A stretch of 64,000 nucleotides of DNA, taken from Nitrospirota bacterium. Its GTDB lineage: Bacteria; Nitrospirota; Thermodesulfovibrionia; UBA6902; DSMQ01. The position numbers and the translations under genes are program-made. The stretch is from positions 110-64,109 of the forward strand of contig JACQXB010000037.1 in the NCBI GenBank assembly GCA_016208965.1, given 5' to 3'. The notes beneath the pieces were generated by a model. That model did not search any database. It saw nothing but the letters and a program-made list of their open reading frames with translations, and was not told the DNA's origin. Shown here piece by piece: positions 44,092 to 53,588 of this stretch (position 1 is the first letter of the stretch; every line of letters begins with the position of its first letter).

Positions 44092-44495
44092 TGGAAAGGA
44101 TTTACCAGAAAATTGGAAAGATCAAAGAATATCTTTTGGTAATAAGATCAATTAAAGATGATTGTATGTCCCGCTTTAACACAGATATTATATATCGTGG
44201 TGCGTTACTTCACTATCTTTACTTACTGTCAGACAATTGTATCTCACTTGCAGAGATTGTAATTAAACAAAAAAACCTAAGACCTCCTCAATCATATCAT
44301 GATGCAATTGACATATTGGGAGAGAATAAAATACTGGAACCCCTTTTTGCTTATGAATTTGCAAAAATCGCAGGATTTAGAAACTTTCTTGCCCATGATT
44401 ATGAAAAAATAGAGATAGAATTTATATGTAAAGAAATAATGTCCCGGCTGGATGACATTGATTTATTTATAAAACAAATCGCATCCTCATTCTGA
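44091..44495 (+). CDS. HepT (DUF86, HEPN) toxin
   Basis: GFRNFLAHDY carries the HEPN RxxxxH motif. 134 aa, immediately downstream of the MNT gene. Confidence 0.85.
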   Translation: MERIYQKIGKIKEYLLVIRSIKDDCMSRFNTDIIYRGALLHYLYLLSDNCISLAEIVIKQKNLRPPQSYHDAIDILGENKILEPLFAYEFAKIAGFRNFLAHDYEKIEIEFICKEIMSRLDDIDLFIKQIASSF

Positions 44496-44531
44496 TAAGG
44501 AAATTTTTAAGAATCCCTATGCCAAAACCCA

Positions 44532-45683
44532 TTGAATACGCATGAATTTAAAAACATAAAAAAAATCCTTGTCATAAAACTCCGCCATATCGGGGATGTG
44601 CTTCTTAGTGTCCCTGTATTCAGGGCATTAAGGAAAAACTTCCCTGCCGCCCATATCTCTGCACTTGTAAATTCAGGAACAGAAGAGGTATTAACAGGCA
44701 ATCCACTCATTAATGAAATAATAGTCTTTGACAGAGGTATCAAAAAACTAAACTCCTTACAGAGATATTTAAAGGAGCTATCCTTCTTGAAAGTGATAAG
44801 AAAGGAAGGTTTTGATATGGCTGTTGATCTTACAAGTGGAGACAGGGCAGCAATCATATCTTTTATATCAGGGGCGAGATACAGGCTTGCATATGACCCA
44901 TGTGGGGCTGGTTTTTTAGGGAAAAGATTTTTATATACACACCTTGCTCAAAAAAACGAAAGCCAGCATATGGTATTGCAAAATCTTGATGTTGTTAGAC
45001 AGTTTGGTATTAGCACAGAAAATCTTATGGTGGATTTTTTTATTCCTGATGAAGCAAAGATGTTTGTAAAAAGAATTTTTGAGGAAAATAATATAAATCC
45101 CCCCTCACCCCCCTTTGACAAAGGGGGGCTGGGGGGATTTAGCGACAAAGTCGTCCATGTGCATCCAACATCACGATGGCTTTTTAAATGCTGGAAAGAT
45201 GAGCATATGGCAGAGGTGATAAGTTGGCTTATTGAGCAGGGAATAAAAGTCATAGTAACCTCAGCACCTAATAAAAGAGAGGTAGAAAAAGCAAAAAAGA
45301 TTTTATCTTTGGTCAGCTATCAGCTATCAGCTATCAGCTATCAGCTATCAGCTATCAGCTATCAGCTTATTGACCTGTGCGGTAAAACCACAATTAAACA
45401 GCTTGCTGCAATCTCAGAGGCATCTGACTTGTTTTTGGGGGTTGATTCAGCACCTATGCATATAGCCGCTGCAGTGGGAACTCCTGTCATTGCCCTTTTT
45501 GGCATGACAGATGAAAAGCTGTGGGGACCGTGGGGTGATAAACACCTTGTGATTAAGGAAAGGTTAAAGTGCATGCCCTGCCAGAAGGGTAATTGTGAAG
45601 GTCTCTCTCTGCGCGAATGCATGGAGGCTATAAAACCTGATACTGTTAAAAATATAATTAAAGAGAAAATAAGCAATGCATAG
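44532..45683 (+). CDS. Glycosyltransferase family 9 (LPS heptosyltransferase-like) with two in-frame repeat insertions
   Basis: ILVIKLRHIGDVLLSVPVFRALRKNFP, GVDSAPMHIAAAVGTPVIALFG. Insertions INPPSPPFDKGGLGGFS (45096-45140) and SYQLSAISYQLSAISYQL (45314-45369). Confidence 0.85.
   Translation: MNTHEFKNIKKILVIKLRHIGDVLLSVPVFRALRKNFPAAHISALVNSGTEEVLTGNPLINEIIVFDRGIKKLNSLQRYLKELSFLKVIRKEGFDMAVDLTSGDRAAIISFISGARYRLAYDPCGAGFLGKRFLYTHLAQKNESQHMVLQNLDVVRQFGISTENLMVDFFIPDEAKMFVKRIFEENNINPPSPPFDKGGLGGFSDKVVHVHPTSRWLFKCWKDEHMAEVISWLIEQGIKVIVTSAPNKREVEKAKKILSLVSYQLSAISYQLSAISYQLIDLCGKTTIKQLAAISEASDLFLGVDSAPMHIAAAVGTPVIALFGMTDEKLWGPWGDKHLVIKERLKCMPCQKGNCEGLSLRECMEAIKPDTVKNIIKEKISNA
45314..45369. repeat. 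Perfect heptamer tandem repeat (CAGCTAT)x7 plus a partial unit, in frame within the GT9 gene
   Basis: cagctatcagctatcagctatcagctatcagctatcagctatcagctatcagctta. The 7-nt DNA period gives a 7-aa peptide period (SYQLSAI). Confidence 0.95.
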
Positions 45684-46707
45684 CATTACCAATCCAGAAG
45701 ACATAAGAGAAATCTTAGTTATACGGCTAAACAAGATTGGCGATATGATATGCACAATGCCTTTGATTAAGACTTTAAAACATAATTTTAAAAATGCCCG
45801 CATCACTGTTTTAGGTGAAGAACCTTCAAGAGAAATACTTGAGAACAATAGATTTGTGGACAGCTTTATCATTTATAAAAAACCTGATACCCCTTTTAGA
45901 AACAAATATATTCAGTGCTGGCGATTGTTAATGAATTATAAGAAACAGTTTAATATCAAAAAATTCGATATGGCAATAGGTGTAAAGGGTGGCTTTTCAA
46001 GTTTTTTGGCAGTAATAACATTCCTGAGCAGGGCAGCCCTAAGAATTGGATACAGCAACCCCCAAAGGCATCCCTTAAACCTTTGCTACAATCTCCCTGG
46101 ACAGCCCATTGATTGCTCCAGACTTCATCAGGTTGATGCGTGTCTGAATCTCTTAAAACCTCTTGGGATTAAAGATGTTATAAAGGATATAACAATAGAT
46201 ATACCGCCACCCTCAAAGGATTCTGCCTTTAAATTTTTATACTCTAATGGATTAGAAGCCAACAAAAGACTAACAGTATTTAACATAAGCAATAACAGGG
46301 AAACATCCAAATGGCAATTGGAAAATTTTATAGAATTAGGAAAAGCACTTTTCAAAAGATATAACTATAAATGCATAATAACGTGCACAGCCTCTGACAA
46401 GGCTGATGCCATGAGAGTCTGTGATGAAATGAAGGATATAGGATTCTTTTATGAAACTAAAAAGCTTATGGATTTTGCAGCAATTGCCTCAATGGCAAAC
46501 TTCCTTGTTGCAGGAGATGGAGGAGCGGTGCATATAGGAGCTGCTGCAGGAACAAAGGTGGTTGCTCTCTTTGGGCAGACAAACCCTGTGATATACGGGC
46601 CATATGGCAGTCAGCATATTGTGTTAAAGGCACCTGATATTGATGTGAGGTCTATTAAGGTTGAAGATGTGCTCAGTGTAATTAAATCAAAAGGACTTCC
46701 TGCATGA
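45676..46707 (+). CDS. Glycosyltransferase family 9 (heptosyltransferase-like)
   Basis: ILVIRLNKIGDMICTMPLIKTLK, AGDGGAVHIGAAAGTKVVALFG. Confidence 0.85.
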   Translation: MHSITNPEDIREILVIRLNKIGDMICTMPLIKTLKHNFKNARITVLGEEPSREILENNRFVDSFIIYKKPDTPFRNKYIQCWRLLMNYKKQFNIKKFDMAIGVKGGFSSFLAVITFLSRAALRIGYSNPQRHPLNLCYNLPGQPIDCSRLHQVDACLNLLKPLGIKDVIKDITIDIPPPSKDSAFKFLYSNGLEANKRLTVFNISNNRETSKWQLENFIELGKALFKRYNYKCIITCTASDKADAMRVCDEMKDIGFFYETKKLMDFAAIASMANFLVAGDGGAVHIGAAAGTKVVALFGQTNPVIYGPYGSQHIVLKAPDIDVRSIKVEDVLSVIKSKGLPA

Positions 46708-47807
46708 ATAAAATTTTTATGAAAATTATACTGCTTTATTATGTCCTCACATCGCCTCTTAGAGAAAAAAGAGAGAGTGGATATAAGAAATTTTTAATTA
46801 TTGACACTCTAAGACTTGGCGATGTGGTTATGAGCACACCTGTTTTCAAGGCAATAAAAAAACAGTACCCTGATTCTTTGCTTCATGTATTGGTTAGGGC
46901 GGAGATTGCCGACCTTTTGGACAGAGAGCCGTATATTGATAAAATAATCCCGTATCACGGCAAAGAGAAAACCGGGTCGGACCTTATTAAGCTGCTCCAA
47001 CATGGGGAATATGATATATCTATAAATCTATGCGAGGGCAAGCTTAACGCTTTGATCTATGCAGCAGGCATACCGGTGAGAATAGGTTATTCCCAGAGGC
47101 ATAAATATCGTGACAGAATATTTTTAACTAACATAATCCAACAGCCGGAAACATTTCAAGGTATCCCATTATTATTTTTAAAACTTCTCGAACCCCTCGG
47201 CATTTCGAAGGCTAACAGCCGTCCTGAATTGTATCCTGATCCCATGGGTATAGAGCAGTTCAAAACGCTTTTACAGAACGGGCAACGACTTAAAATCGTT
47301 GTTCATCCGGGGGCCCGGAATGCCACGCATAGATGGCCTTATTATCAGGCTGTTATCAGAGAAATTATAAAGCGGTTCGATGCTATGGTTGTAGTTACCG
47401 GCGACAGGAGCGAAGCGATGCTTGCAGACAACATCTTATCAGGGCTTGATACAAGAAATATTATAAATTTAGTGGGAAAAACAACTATCAAAGAAATGGC
47501 TGCCCTTTGCTCTATTGCAGACCTCGTGCTCAGTAATGATACCGGGGTATCCCATATCGCATGTGCATTGGGCAGGCCGACCATAACCATTTTCGGACCG
47601 GAGCCCCCTATGCTCTGCGGAGAGCTTATGAAAAACGAAAAGCGCATTTTCGTAGAAGTGCCATGCAGAAATGATAATATATTTTTCGGACTCGAATTTA
47701 AAGATGCGAGGCGCTGCAAAAAGGAAAATTGCGATTCGCTTATATGCATGAAGAAGATAACGCCTGATATGGTATTAAAAAAAATCCAGGAACTATTGAA
47801 AAAATAA
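46704..47807 (+). CDS. Glycosyltransferase family 9 (heptosyltransferase-like)
   Basis: FLIIDTLRLGDVVMSTPVFKAIKKQYP, SNDTGVSHIACALGRPTITIFG. Confidence 0.85.
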   Translation: MNKIFMKIILLYYVLTSPLREKRESGYKKFLIIDTLRLGDVVMSTPVFKAIKKQYPDSLLHVLVRAEIADLLDREPYIDKIIPYHGKEKTGSDLIKLLQHGEYDISINLCEGKLNALIYAAGIPVRIGYSQRHKYRDRIFLTNIIQQPETFQGIPLLFLKLLEPLGISKANSRPELYPDPMGIEQFKTLLQNGQRLKIVVHPGARNATHRWPYYQAVIREIIKRFDAMVVVTGDRSEAMLADNILSGLDTRNIINLVGKTTIKEMAALCSIADLVLSNDTGVSHIACALGRPTITIFGPEPPMLCGELMKNEKRIFVEVPCRNDNIFFGLEFKDARRCKKENCDSLICMKKITPDMVLKKIQELLKK

Positions 47808-48056
47808 TGAAACTGCTGATGATTTCTAATACAGACAAACCTTTTATCCTGAATGTTGGAAGGCTTACAAGGCAGAAAGGACAATGACATTTAATTCGGG
47901 CATTCAATCATGTTGCCATGTAAATTAGTTATAATAGGGCAGGGCAATTTAGAAGGATATTTAAAGAGGCGGGTAAAAAACCTGAATATAAAAGAAGATG
48001 TCTTATTTTTTGGATGGCAGAAAAATCCTTTAAAATACATGTTTCGCTGTAGATAA
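47807..48056 (+). pseudogene. Glycosyltransferase family 4 remnant (internal deletion, stop and frameshifts)
   Basis: MKLLMISNTDKPFILNVGRLTRQKGQ* followed, in other frames, by LIRAF and KLVIIGQGNLEGYLKRRVKNLNIKEDVLFFGWQKNPLKYM. These are GT4 C-domain motifs without the rest of the protein. Confidence 0.7.
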
Positions 48057-48111
48057 AATAGTTAACCAATATATAAATATATTTTATTCTCTGAAAGAAG
48101 GTAAATATTAA

Positions 48112-49287
48112 TTGCTAAAGGAAACAATAATAAAGAAAATTAATGCCATAGAATGGTATTCTTTGCTTTTATGTATTTTTTCAATCCCGTTATTTGAATC
48201 CCCAAAAAGTATCTTTTTAGTAATAACCGCTGTTTTATTTTCTATTCGCCATTTCATGGAAAAGGATTGGGAGAAAATACTTTTCATAAAAGACCCACGG
48301 CTCGGTTTCCTCGCACTTGCAATAGCAGCAGCCCTTTCAGCAATATTTGCTAAAAACCATTGGCTTGCTTTCCAAGGAAGTCTGGATTTTCTCAAGATGT
48401 ATATCCTGTTTGTAATAGTTGCCACTGATTTTTCAGACAAAAAATCAATAAAAATTATTACAGCAACGGTAATTATATCTACAGTACTTGTAACAATAGG
48501 TGCTCTATCAGAATATAAAAGAAATAATCTCAATAGTAGCTATATTGAACTAAACTCTGTAGGACATGTAAACCACACAGCTATTTACTTAGCACTTTCA
48601 TTTGTTTTATCAATTACTTTCTTAAGAACGGTAAAAAACATTTTAGAGAAAATCCTTATTTCTTTAGCTGCAATTGTCATCTTATCAGCTGTTCTCTTAA
48701 CCGATGCACGGGCAACTGTTTCAAGTATTGTTGCTGTTGTAACTATTATATTTATTTTTATGAAGAAGGAAAAACAGTTCACTCATATTCTTATATCTCT
48801 AATAGTTGCAACAGTAATAATTATGCTATTTGTTGCACCTTCAAAATTTTCACAACAGTATACTTCAATATTTGCCGCCTCTTTTCATTCCAGAATAGAA
48901 CTCTGGGAAAAGGCATGGGAGATGTTTATTTCACACCCAGTTGTTGGAGTCGGGGCAAAACACTTCAGATTTTACAATACATTTGATTCTGGCTCACATG
49001 CCCATAGTTTATATTTCAACACATTAGCTCAACTGGGAATTGTGGGCGCTGTATCATTATCGCTACTTTTTTATCTTATTATAAAATCGCTATATAATTC
49101 TTACGAGAAATCGTCATTATGGCATTCAGCATTAGGTGCCTTTATCATAGTTATAGTAAATGGTATTTTAAACACCTCACTTCATTCTGAGCATGGTCTA
49201 CTTTTTTCACTTATACTTGCTGTGGGGCTAAACAGCAAAGGGAGTGGGGCGACGGGGAAATCTCATTTATTACAGCAAGATGTATAA
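48112..49287 (+). CDS. O-antigen ligase family (Wzy_C/WaaL-like) membrane protein
   Basis: About 10 TM segments. Loop GVGAKHFRFYN...GSHAHSLYFNTLAQLGIVGAV resembles the Wzy_C signature. Confidence 0.75.
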   Translation: MLKETIIKKINAIEWYSLLLCIFSIPLFESPKSIFLVITAVLFSIRHFMEKDWEKILFIKDPRLGFLALAIAAALSAIFAKNHWLAFQGSLDFLKMYILFVIVATDFSDKKSIKIITATVIISTVLVTIGALSEYKRNNLNSSYIELNSVGHVNHTAIYLALSFVLSITFLRTVKNILEKILISLAAIVILSAVLLTDARATVSSIVAVVTIIFIFMKKEKQFTHILISLIVATVIIMLFVAPSKFSQQYTSIFAASFHSRIELWEKAWEMFISHPVVGVGAKHFRFYNTFDSGSHAHSLYFNTLAQLGIVGAVSLSLLFYLIIKSLYNSYEKSSLWHSALGAFIIVIVNGILNTSLHSEHGLLFSLILAVGLNSKGSGATGKSHLLQQDV

Positions 49288-51227
49288 TACTTAACATATT
49301 TTTTCAATAATTCTCTTGCTGCATTATTGCCTGATTCACTAACGATTGAAAGGGCGCTGCGAAATTCATCAAGAATACCTTCTATTTCCTCTTTAGAATA
49401 TTTTTCACTGCCTTTTGCAATAAAAACCTTTTCGTGCTTACTTGCAATTACCCCCTCTTCAGCAGCGAGGGTTTCTTCAAAAAGCTTCTCTCCCTGTCTC
49501 AAACCAATAAATTCTATGTCTACATCCTTGTATGGCTGCAACCCGTGGATCCTAATCAACTCTTCTGCTAATTCAACAATCCTCACTGGCTCTCCCATAT
49601 CAAGGGCAAGGACCTCTCCTCCATTACCTATAACAGATGCCTGCAATACAAGAGATACTGCCTCAGGTATAGTCATAAAATATCTTTGCACATCCTTATG
49701 TGTTACCGTAAGTGGTCCACCATGTTTTAGTTGTTCAAAAAACAACGGTAAAACACTTCCGCGACTTCCAAGAACATTCCCAAACCGAACTGATACAAAT
49801 TTAGTTTTCCCATTATCTGCTTTATTTTGGCTATTGGCTGAATTACAGATATATTCAGCGATTCTCTTTGTAGCTCCCATAACACTTGTGGGTCTTACTG
49901 CCTTGTCTGTAGAAATCATGATAAATTTCCCTACTCCGTAGGAGACCGATATTTTTGTAAAAATATATGTTCCAAAAATATTTACCTTAACTGCCTCCTT
50001 TGGATTACTTTCCATCATGGGTACATGTTTGTATGCTGCGGCATGAAATACAATTTGTGGGATAAACTCTCTAAAAACTTCTTCAACTCTCTCCTCATCC
50101 CTGATATCACCTGTCATAAAATATATATCCCTTTTCAAATATGGAAATTTTCTTGCCAATCTAATATGCATATTGTGAAGGGCGGTTTCATCAATATCAA
50201 AGAGAATCACCTTTTGAGGACGAAAGGCACAAACTTGCATTACTATTTCAGAACCAATAGACCCACCAGCGCCAGTAACAAGGATAACCTTGTCTTTTAG
50301 TAAATGTTCTATCTCTTTATAATCAACTTCCACTACCTGCCGCCCTATAAGGTCTTCCATGCTTATATCTTCAAGGTCTTTTATATTTACAATGGGCTTT
50401 TGGAAATCATAGATTCTTGGCACAATTTTAATGGTACTTATTTGTGCCTCTTTAGCATCCCCATAAATCCTTCTCAGTGTCTTATAGTTTAAAGAAGGTA
50501 TAGCAATAATCACTGCCTCTACTTTATATTTTCTGATAACTGCTTTGAGCTTCTCTGTTCTAGAGAACACCTTAATACCATGTATATAAGTTCCTATTTT
50601 GCTATTGTCGTCATCAAGAAAACCAATGGGATAAAAATCTGAAACCTCCGGTCTTAACATATCCCTTAATATCATCTCTCCTGTGTTGCCTGCACCCACA
50701 ATAATGGTTCTCCTGCTATCTCCTGTTTTCCCGTTTTTATAAAGGACCTCAATAAATACCCTCTTGGATATGCGGAGCCCTGAAAGCAACAAAAGGGATA
50801 CTGCTCCATCAATGAAGAAAATACTTCTTGGGAAGCCCTTAATGGCAATATTTACGGATACAAAATTGGCGAGTTCAGGAGATAAGAACCCGGGAAACTC
50901 ACGCAACAGCACTATAATCAGAAACATTAATAAAGATTCAGACACTAATACTGCCCTTACAATATTTGAGAGGTCACGAAGTCCCACATACCTCCATGTG
51001 ATTCTATACATCCTGAATACCAAAAATGTAGCTACTTTAATAATAATAAAAAAAGGTAAACTAGTTACAATCAACCGTTTGTATTCATCAGCCAATGCAA
51101 ATTCAAAACGCAGGAGAAAAGAAAAATACAAAGAAAGGATAATAATTAGAATATCCAAGAGAATAAAGAAGATCGATCTCTTAAATAAGGAAGGATACAA
51201 AAGACTTGGAATATATTGTTTCAGCAT
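49263..51227 (-). CDS. Polysaccharide biosynthesis protein, CapD/PglF/WbpM-type membrane-bound NDP-sugar 4,6-dehydratase
   Basis: N-terminal TM helices, two Rossmann motifs (VGAGNTG, VTGAGGSIGSE), MISTDKAVRPTSVMGATKR. Confidence 0.88.
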   Translation of the reverse strand: MLKQYIPSLLYPSLFKRSIFFILLDILIIILSLYFSFLLRFEFALADEYKRLIVTSLPFFIIIKVATFLVFRMYRITWRYVGLRDLSNIVRAVLVSESLLMFLIIVLLREFPGFLSPELANFVSVNIAIKGFPRSIFFIDGAVSLLLLSGLRISKRVFIEVLYKNGKTGDSRRTIIVGAGNTGEMILRDMLRPEVSDFYPIGFLDDDNSKIGTYIHGIKVFSRTEKLKAVIRKYKVEAVIIAIPSLNYKTLRRIYGDAKEAQISTIKIVPRIYDFQKPIVNIKDLEDISMEDLIGRQVVEVDYKEIEHLLKDKVILVTGAGGSIGSEIVMQVCAFRPQKVILFDIDETALHNMHIRLARKFPYLKRDIYFMTGDIRDEERVEEVFREFIPQIVFHAAAYKHVPMMESNPKEAVKVNIFGTYIFTKISVSYGVGKFIMISTDKAVRPTSVMGATKRIAEYICNSANSQNKADNGKTKFVSVRFGNVLGSRGSVLPLFFEQLKHGGPLTVTHKDVQRYFMTIPEAVSLVLQASVIGNGGEVLALDMGEPVRIVELAEELIRIHGLQPYKDVDIEFIGLRQGEKLFEETLAAEEGVIASKHEKVFIAKGSEKYSKEEIEGILDEFRSALSIVSESGNNAARELLKKYVKYYTSCCNK

Positions 51228-51788
51228 TTAATGTTTTATGCCGGCACTCCCGGCAACCTTAAAAATAGTCAACCACAATATTTTAATATCAAAAAAAAAT
51301 GACCTGTGCTTCATATAATATTCATCAAAATCAACTTTGACCGGAACCGGAATATCATCCCGGCCATTTATCTGCGCCCATCCGGTAAGGCCTGGAATGA
51401 GTTTGTATACTCCCTTTTTTGTCCTAAGCTCTATTAAATCATCCTGATTAAACAAGGCAGGTCTTGGCCCAACAAAACTCATATCACCTTTAAATATGCT
51501 AATAAGTTGCGGCAGTTCATCCATGCTTGATTTGCGCAAAAACTTCCCAATGGGTGTTAGATGTTGGTCTGGGTTGGATAACAAATGAGTCGCTACGGCC
51601 ATGGTATCAATATTCATTGTCCGAAACTTCGGCATTTTAAAGACAATATTATTTTTTCCAATCCTATCCGACCAATACAATACCGGCCCTTTGGAGGTCA
51701 GATTCACCAGCAATGCAATAATCAGCATAGGAATGCTGGATATAATAAGTAGAAACAAAGACATTGTAAAATCGAATAATCTTTTCAC
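51228..51788 (-). CDS. Undecaprenyl-phosphate sugar phosphotransferase (bacterial sugar transferase family, PglC-like)
   Basis: KRLFDF start, one TM segment, PKFRTM, DELPQLISIFKGDMSFVGPRP. Confidence 0.9.
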   Translation of the reverse strand: MKRLFDFTMSLFLLIISSIPMLIIALLVNLTSKGPVLYWSDRIGKNNIVFKMPKFRTMNIDTMAVATHLLSNPDQHLTPIGKFLRKSSMDELPQLISIFKGDMSFVGPRPALFNQDDLIELRTKKGVYKLIPGLTGWAQINGRDDIPVPVKVDFDEYYMKHRSFFFDIKILWLTIFKVAGSAGIKH

Positions 51789-51896
51789 CTGAAAATACCC
51801 CTCAATTCGTCATTCCATCGGGGAATGACATTTTCATTGTCTTTTGTGTCTCTTTAAGACATGAATGTTTCAGGCTAAAAGGGGACGCAACCCTTT

Positions 51897-53066
51897 TTAC
51901 GCCTCAAGACTCTGCAGCCAGGTGCCAGCCTTTTTGACATGGATGCCGTCGAGAAACAGCTCCCTTTTCAGATTTTTTACAAGAAGAATAGGTTTTGTTT
52001 CTTTTACAAAAAAGCCGAAAAAATGTTTAAGAAAGGCTATCTCCGTATCCGCCAGTTTGGTCTCTATAAGCCATTCCGCCCTCCCATCCCGCACCGTCAG
52101 AAAATCTACCTCCCTTTTTTCCTTATCCCTCACGTAATGAAGCGCACACTTCTCCCCTGCTGTATCCTCAAGAAAATGGAGCCGCTTCAGAAGAGCGCAG
52201 GCAACAGCATTCTCAAACCTTGCCCCTTCATCTTCCTTCACAAAACCCGTATCATAAAAATAGACTTTAGGCTGCTTGATCAGACCCCTGGCGATGTTGC
52301 GGCAATAGGGCGTTACCACAAAAAGAATGTAAAGGCCTTCCAGCATGCCTATCCACTGTTTTACCGTATGAGGAGACACCTGCAAATCCCGGGCCAGGGA
52401 TTCATAGGAAATCGTGCTGCCAACGGAATTGCGGAGCAATTCCACCAGGGTTTCCATGCTTCTGAGGTTCCTGACCGATGCAATATCCAGCAAATCTTCG
52501 CGCAGGATGCGGTCGACATGGGAGCGCCGCCAACGTTTGGCATCCTTCTCGCTCCCTTTAAGAAACGGCTCAGGAAATCCCCCAAACCTCATGATATGTT
52601 CAAGAGCCGCATCAGCCGTATACTTTTCTTTGACCTCAGCCACGGAAAAGGGATGTAAACGGTAGGAATAAAATCTGCCCGCCAGTGAATCCCCCCCCTT
52701 TCGGTAGACATCAAGGCGGGATGATCCTGTTACAAGAAGGCGCGGCCTCACCCCTTCAGTATCATAAATTCCTTTAATCCAGTTCTTCCATTTTCTTACC
52801 TTATGAAGTTCGTCAAATATCACCAGGTCGCAATCACGGCGCCATGCCTGTTTTTGGATAAGTAGGCGATGCTCCACACTGTCCATATTAAAATATTCAG
52901 AGCTACCAGGATAAAGCGCTTTAGCCAAAGTTGTTTTGCCCACCTGGCGGGGGCCACTCAAAAGGACCATCTTTTGATCGAGGTCTGTCTTTATCCTATC
53001 CTCAACACCGCGATTCATACAGACTATTTTGCATGAAACTACATAAAAGTCAAGACCAAAATGCAA
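51897..53066 (-). CDS. AAA-family ATPase with DUF4143-like C-terminus
   Basis: Walker A GPRQVGKTT, Walker B LVIFDELH. Likely start MNRGVEDRI (16 codons in). Visibly more GC-rich than flanking genes. Confidence 0.75.
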   Translation of the reverse strand: MHFGLDFYVVSCKIVCMNRGVEDRIKTDLDQKMVLLSGPRQVGKTTLAKALYPGSSEYFNMDSVEHRLLIQKQAWRRDCDLVIFDELHKVRKWKNWIKGIYDTEGVRPRLLVTGSSRLDVYRKGGDSLAGRFYSYRLHPFSVAEVKEKYTADAALEHIMRFGGFPEPFLKGSEKDAKRWRRSHVDRILREDLLDIASVRNLRSMETLVELLRNSVGSTISYESLARDLQVSPHTVKQWIGMLEGLYILFVVTPYCRNIARGLIKQPKVYFYDTGFVKEDEGARFENAVACALLKRLHFLEDTAGEKCALHYVRDKEKREVDFLTVRDGRAEWLIETKLADTEIAFLKHFFGFFVKETKPILLVKNLKRELFLDGIHVKKAGTWLQSLEA

Positions 53067-53153
53067 TATGCTGCATAATGGCTATAGGAGGCTGCGCCTC
53101 CTATGGAAGCCAGCCATGTCCGGAATCTCCCCATCCAGTTCCCCATGAATTTC

Positions 53154-53511
53154 TTATGAATCGGACTTCATCTCCATCGAATTCAACATTGCCAATATCT
53201 TCTCATATTCAGAATCAAGAGATTCAAAAACTACTTCATCAATATATTTGCAAGCCAGACAGAATTTCAACCATGTCTGAGTTTTAGAGGCTTCTTGCAT
53301 AGCGTCGGTCAGCTTATTTTTAAAAACGGCGGGATATCTTCTCTTCCTCCATCCTTCCACAAACCGAACGTGATGAACGCCTGATTTGATCCATAAGTGA
53401 ATATCTTTCTTCTGGTGGAAAGTTTTTCGTAATCTCAAAAATTTTCATCGCACAATCAAACGCCAGTTTATAAACCTCCAAATCCCTTACGCTCTTTATC
53501 CTATCGCCCAT
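53154..53511 (-). pseudogene. Four-helix-bundle protein (23S rRNA intervening-sequence protein family), frameshifted
   Basis: The N-part VRDLEVYKLAFDCAMKIFEITKNFPPEERYSLMDQIRRSSRSV (53320-53511) and the C-part FKNKLTDAMQEASKTQTWLKFCLACKYID (53154-53438) are in different frames, overlapping near 53330-53440. Confidence 0.65.
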
Positions 53512-53588
53512 CTTCCCATCTTCCTAACCTCTTCTTCATGCCCCTCTGTATAATCTGAAATCAGGATAGTCAGGAAGCCATCCCAACA

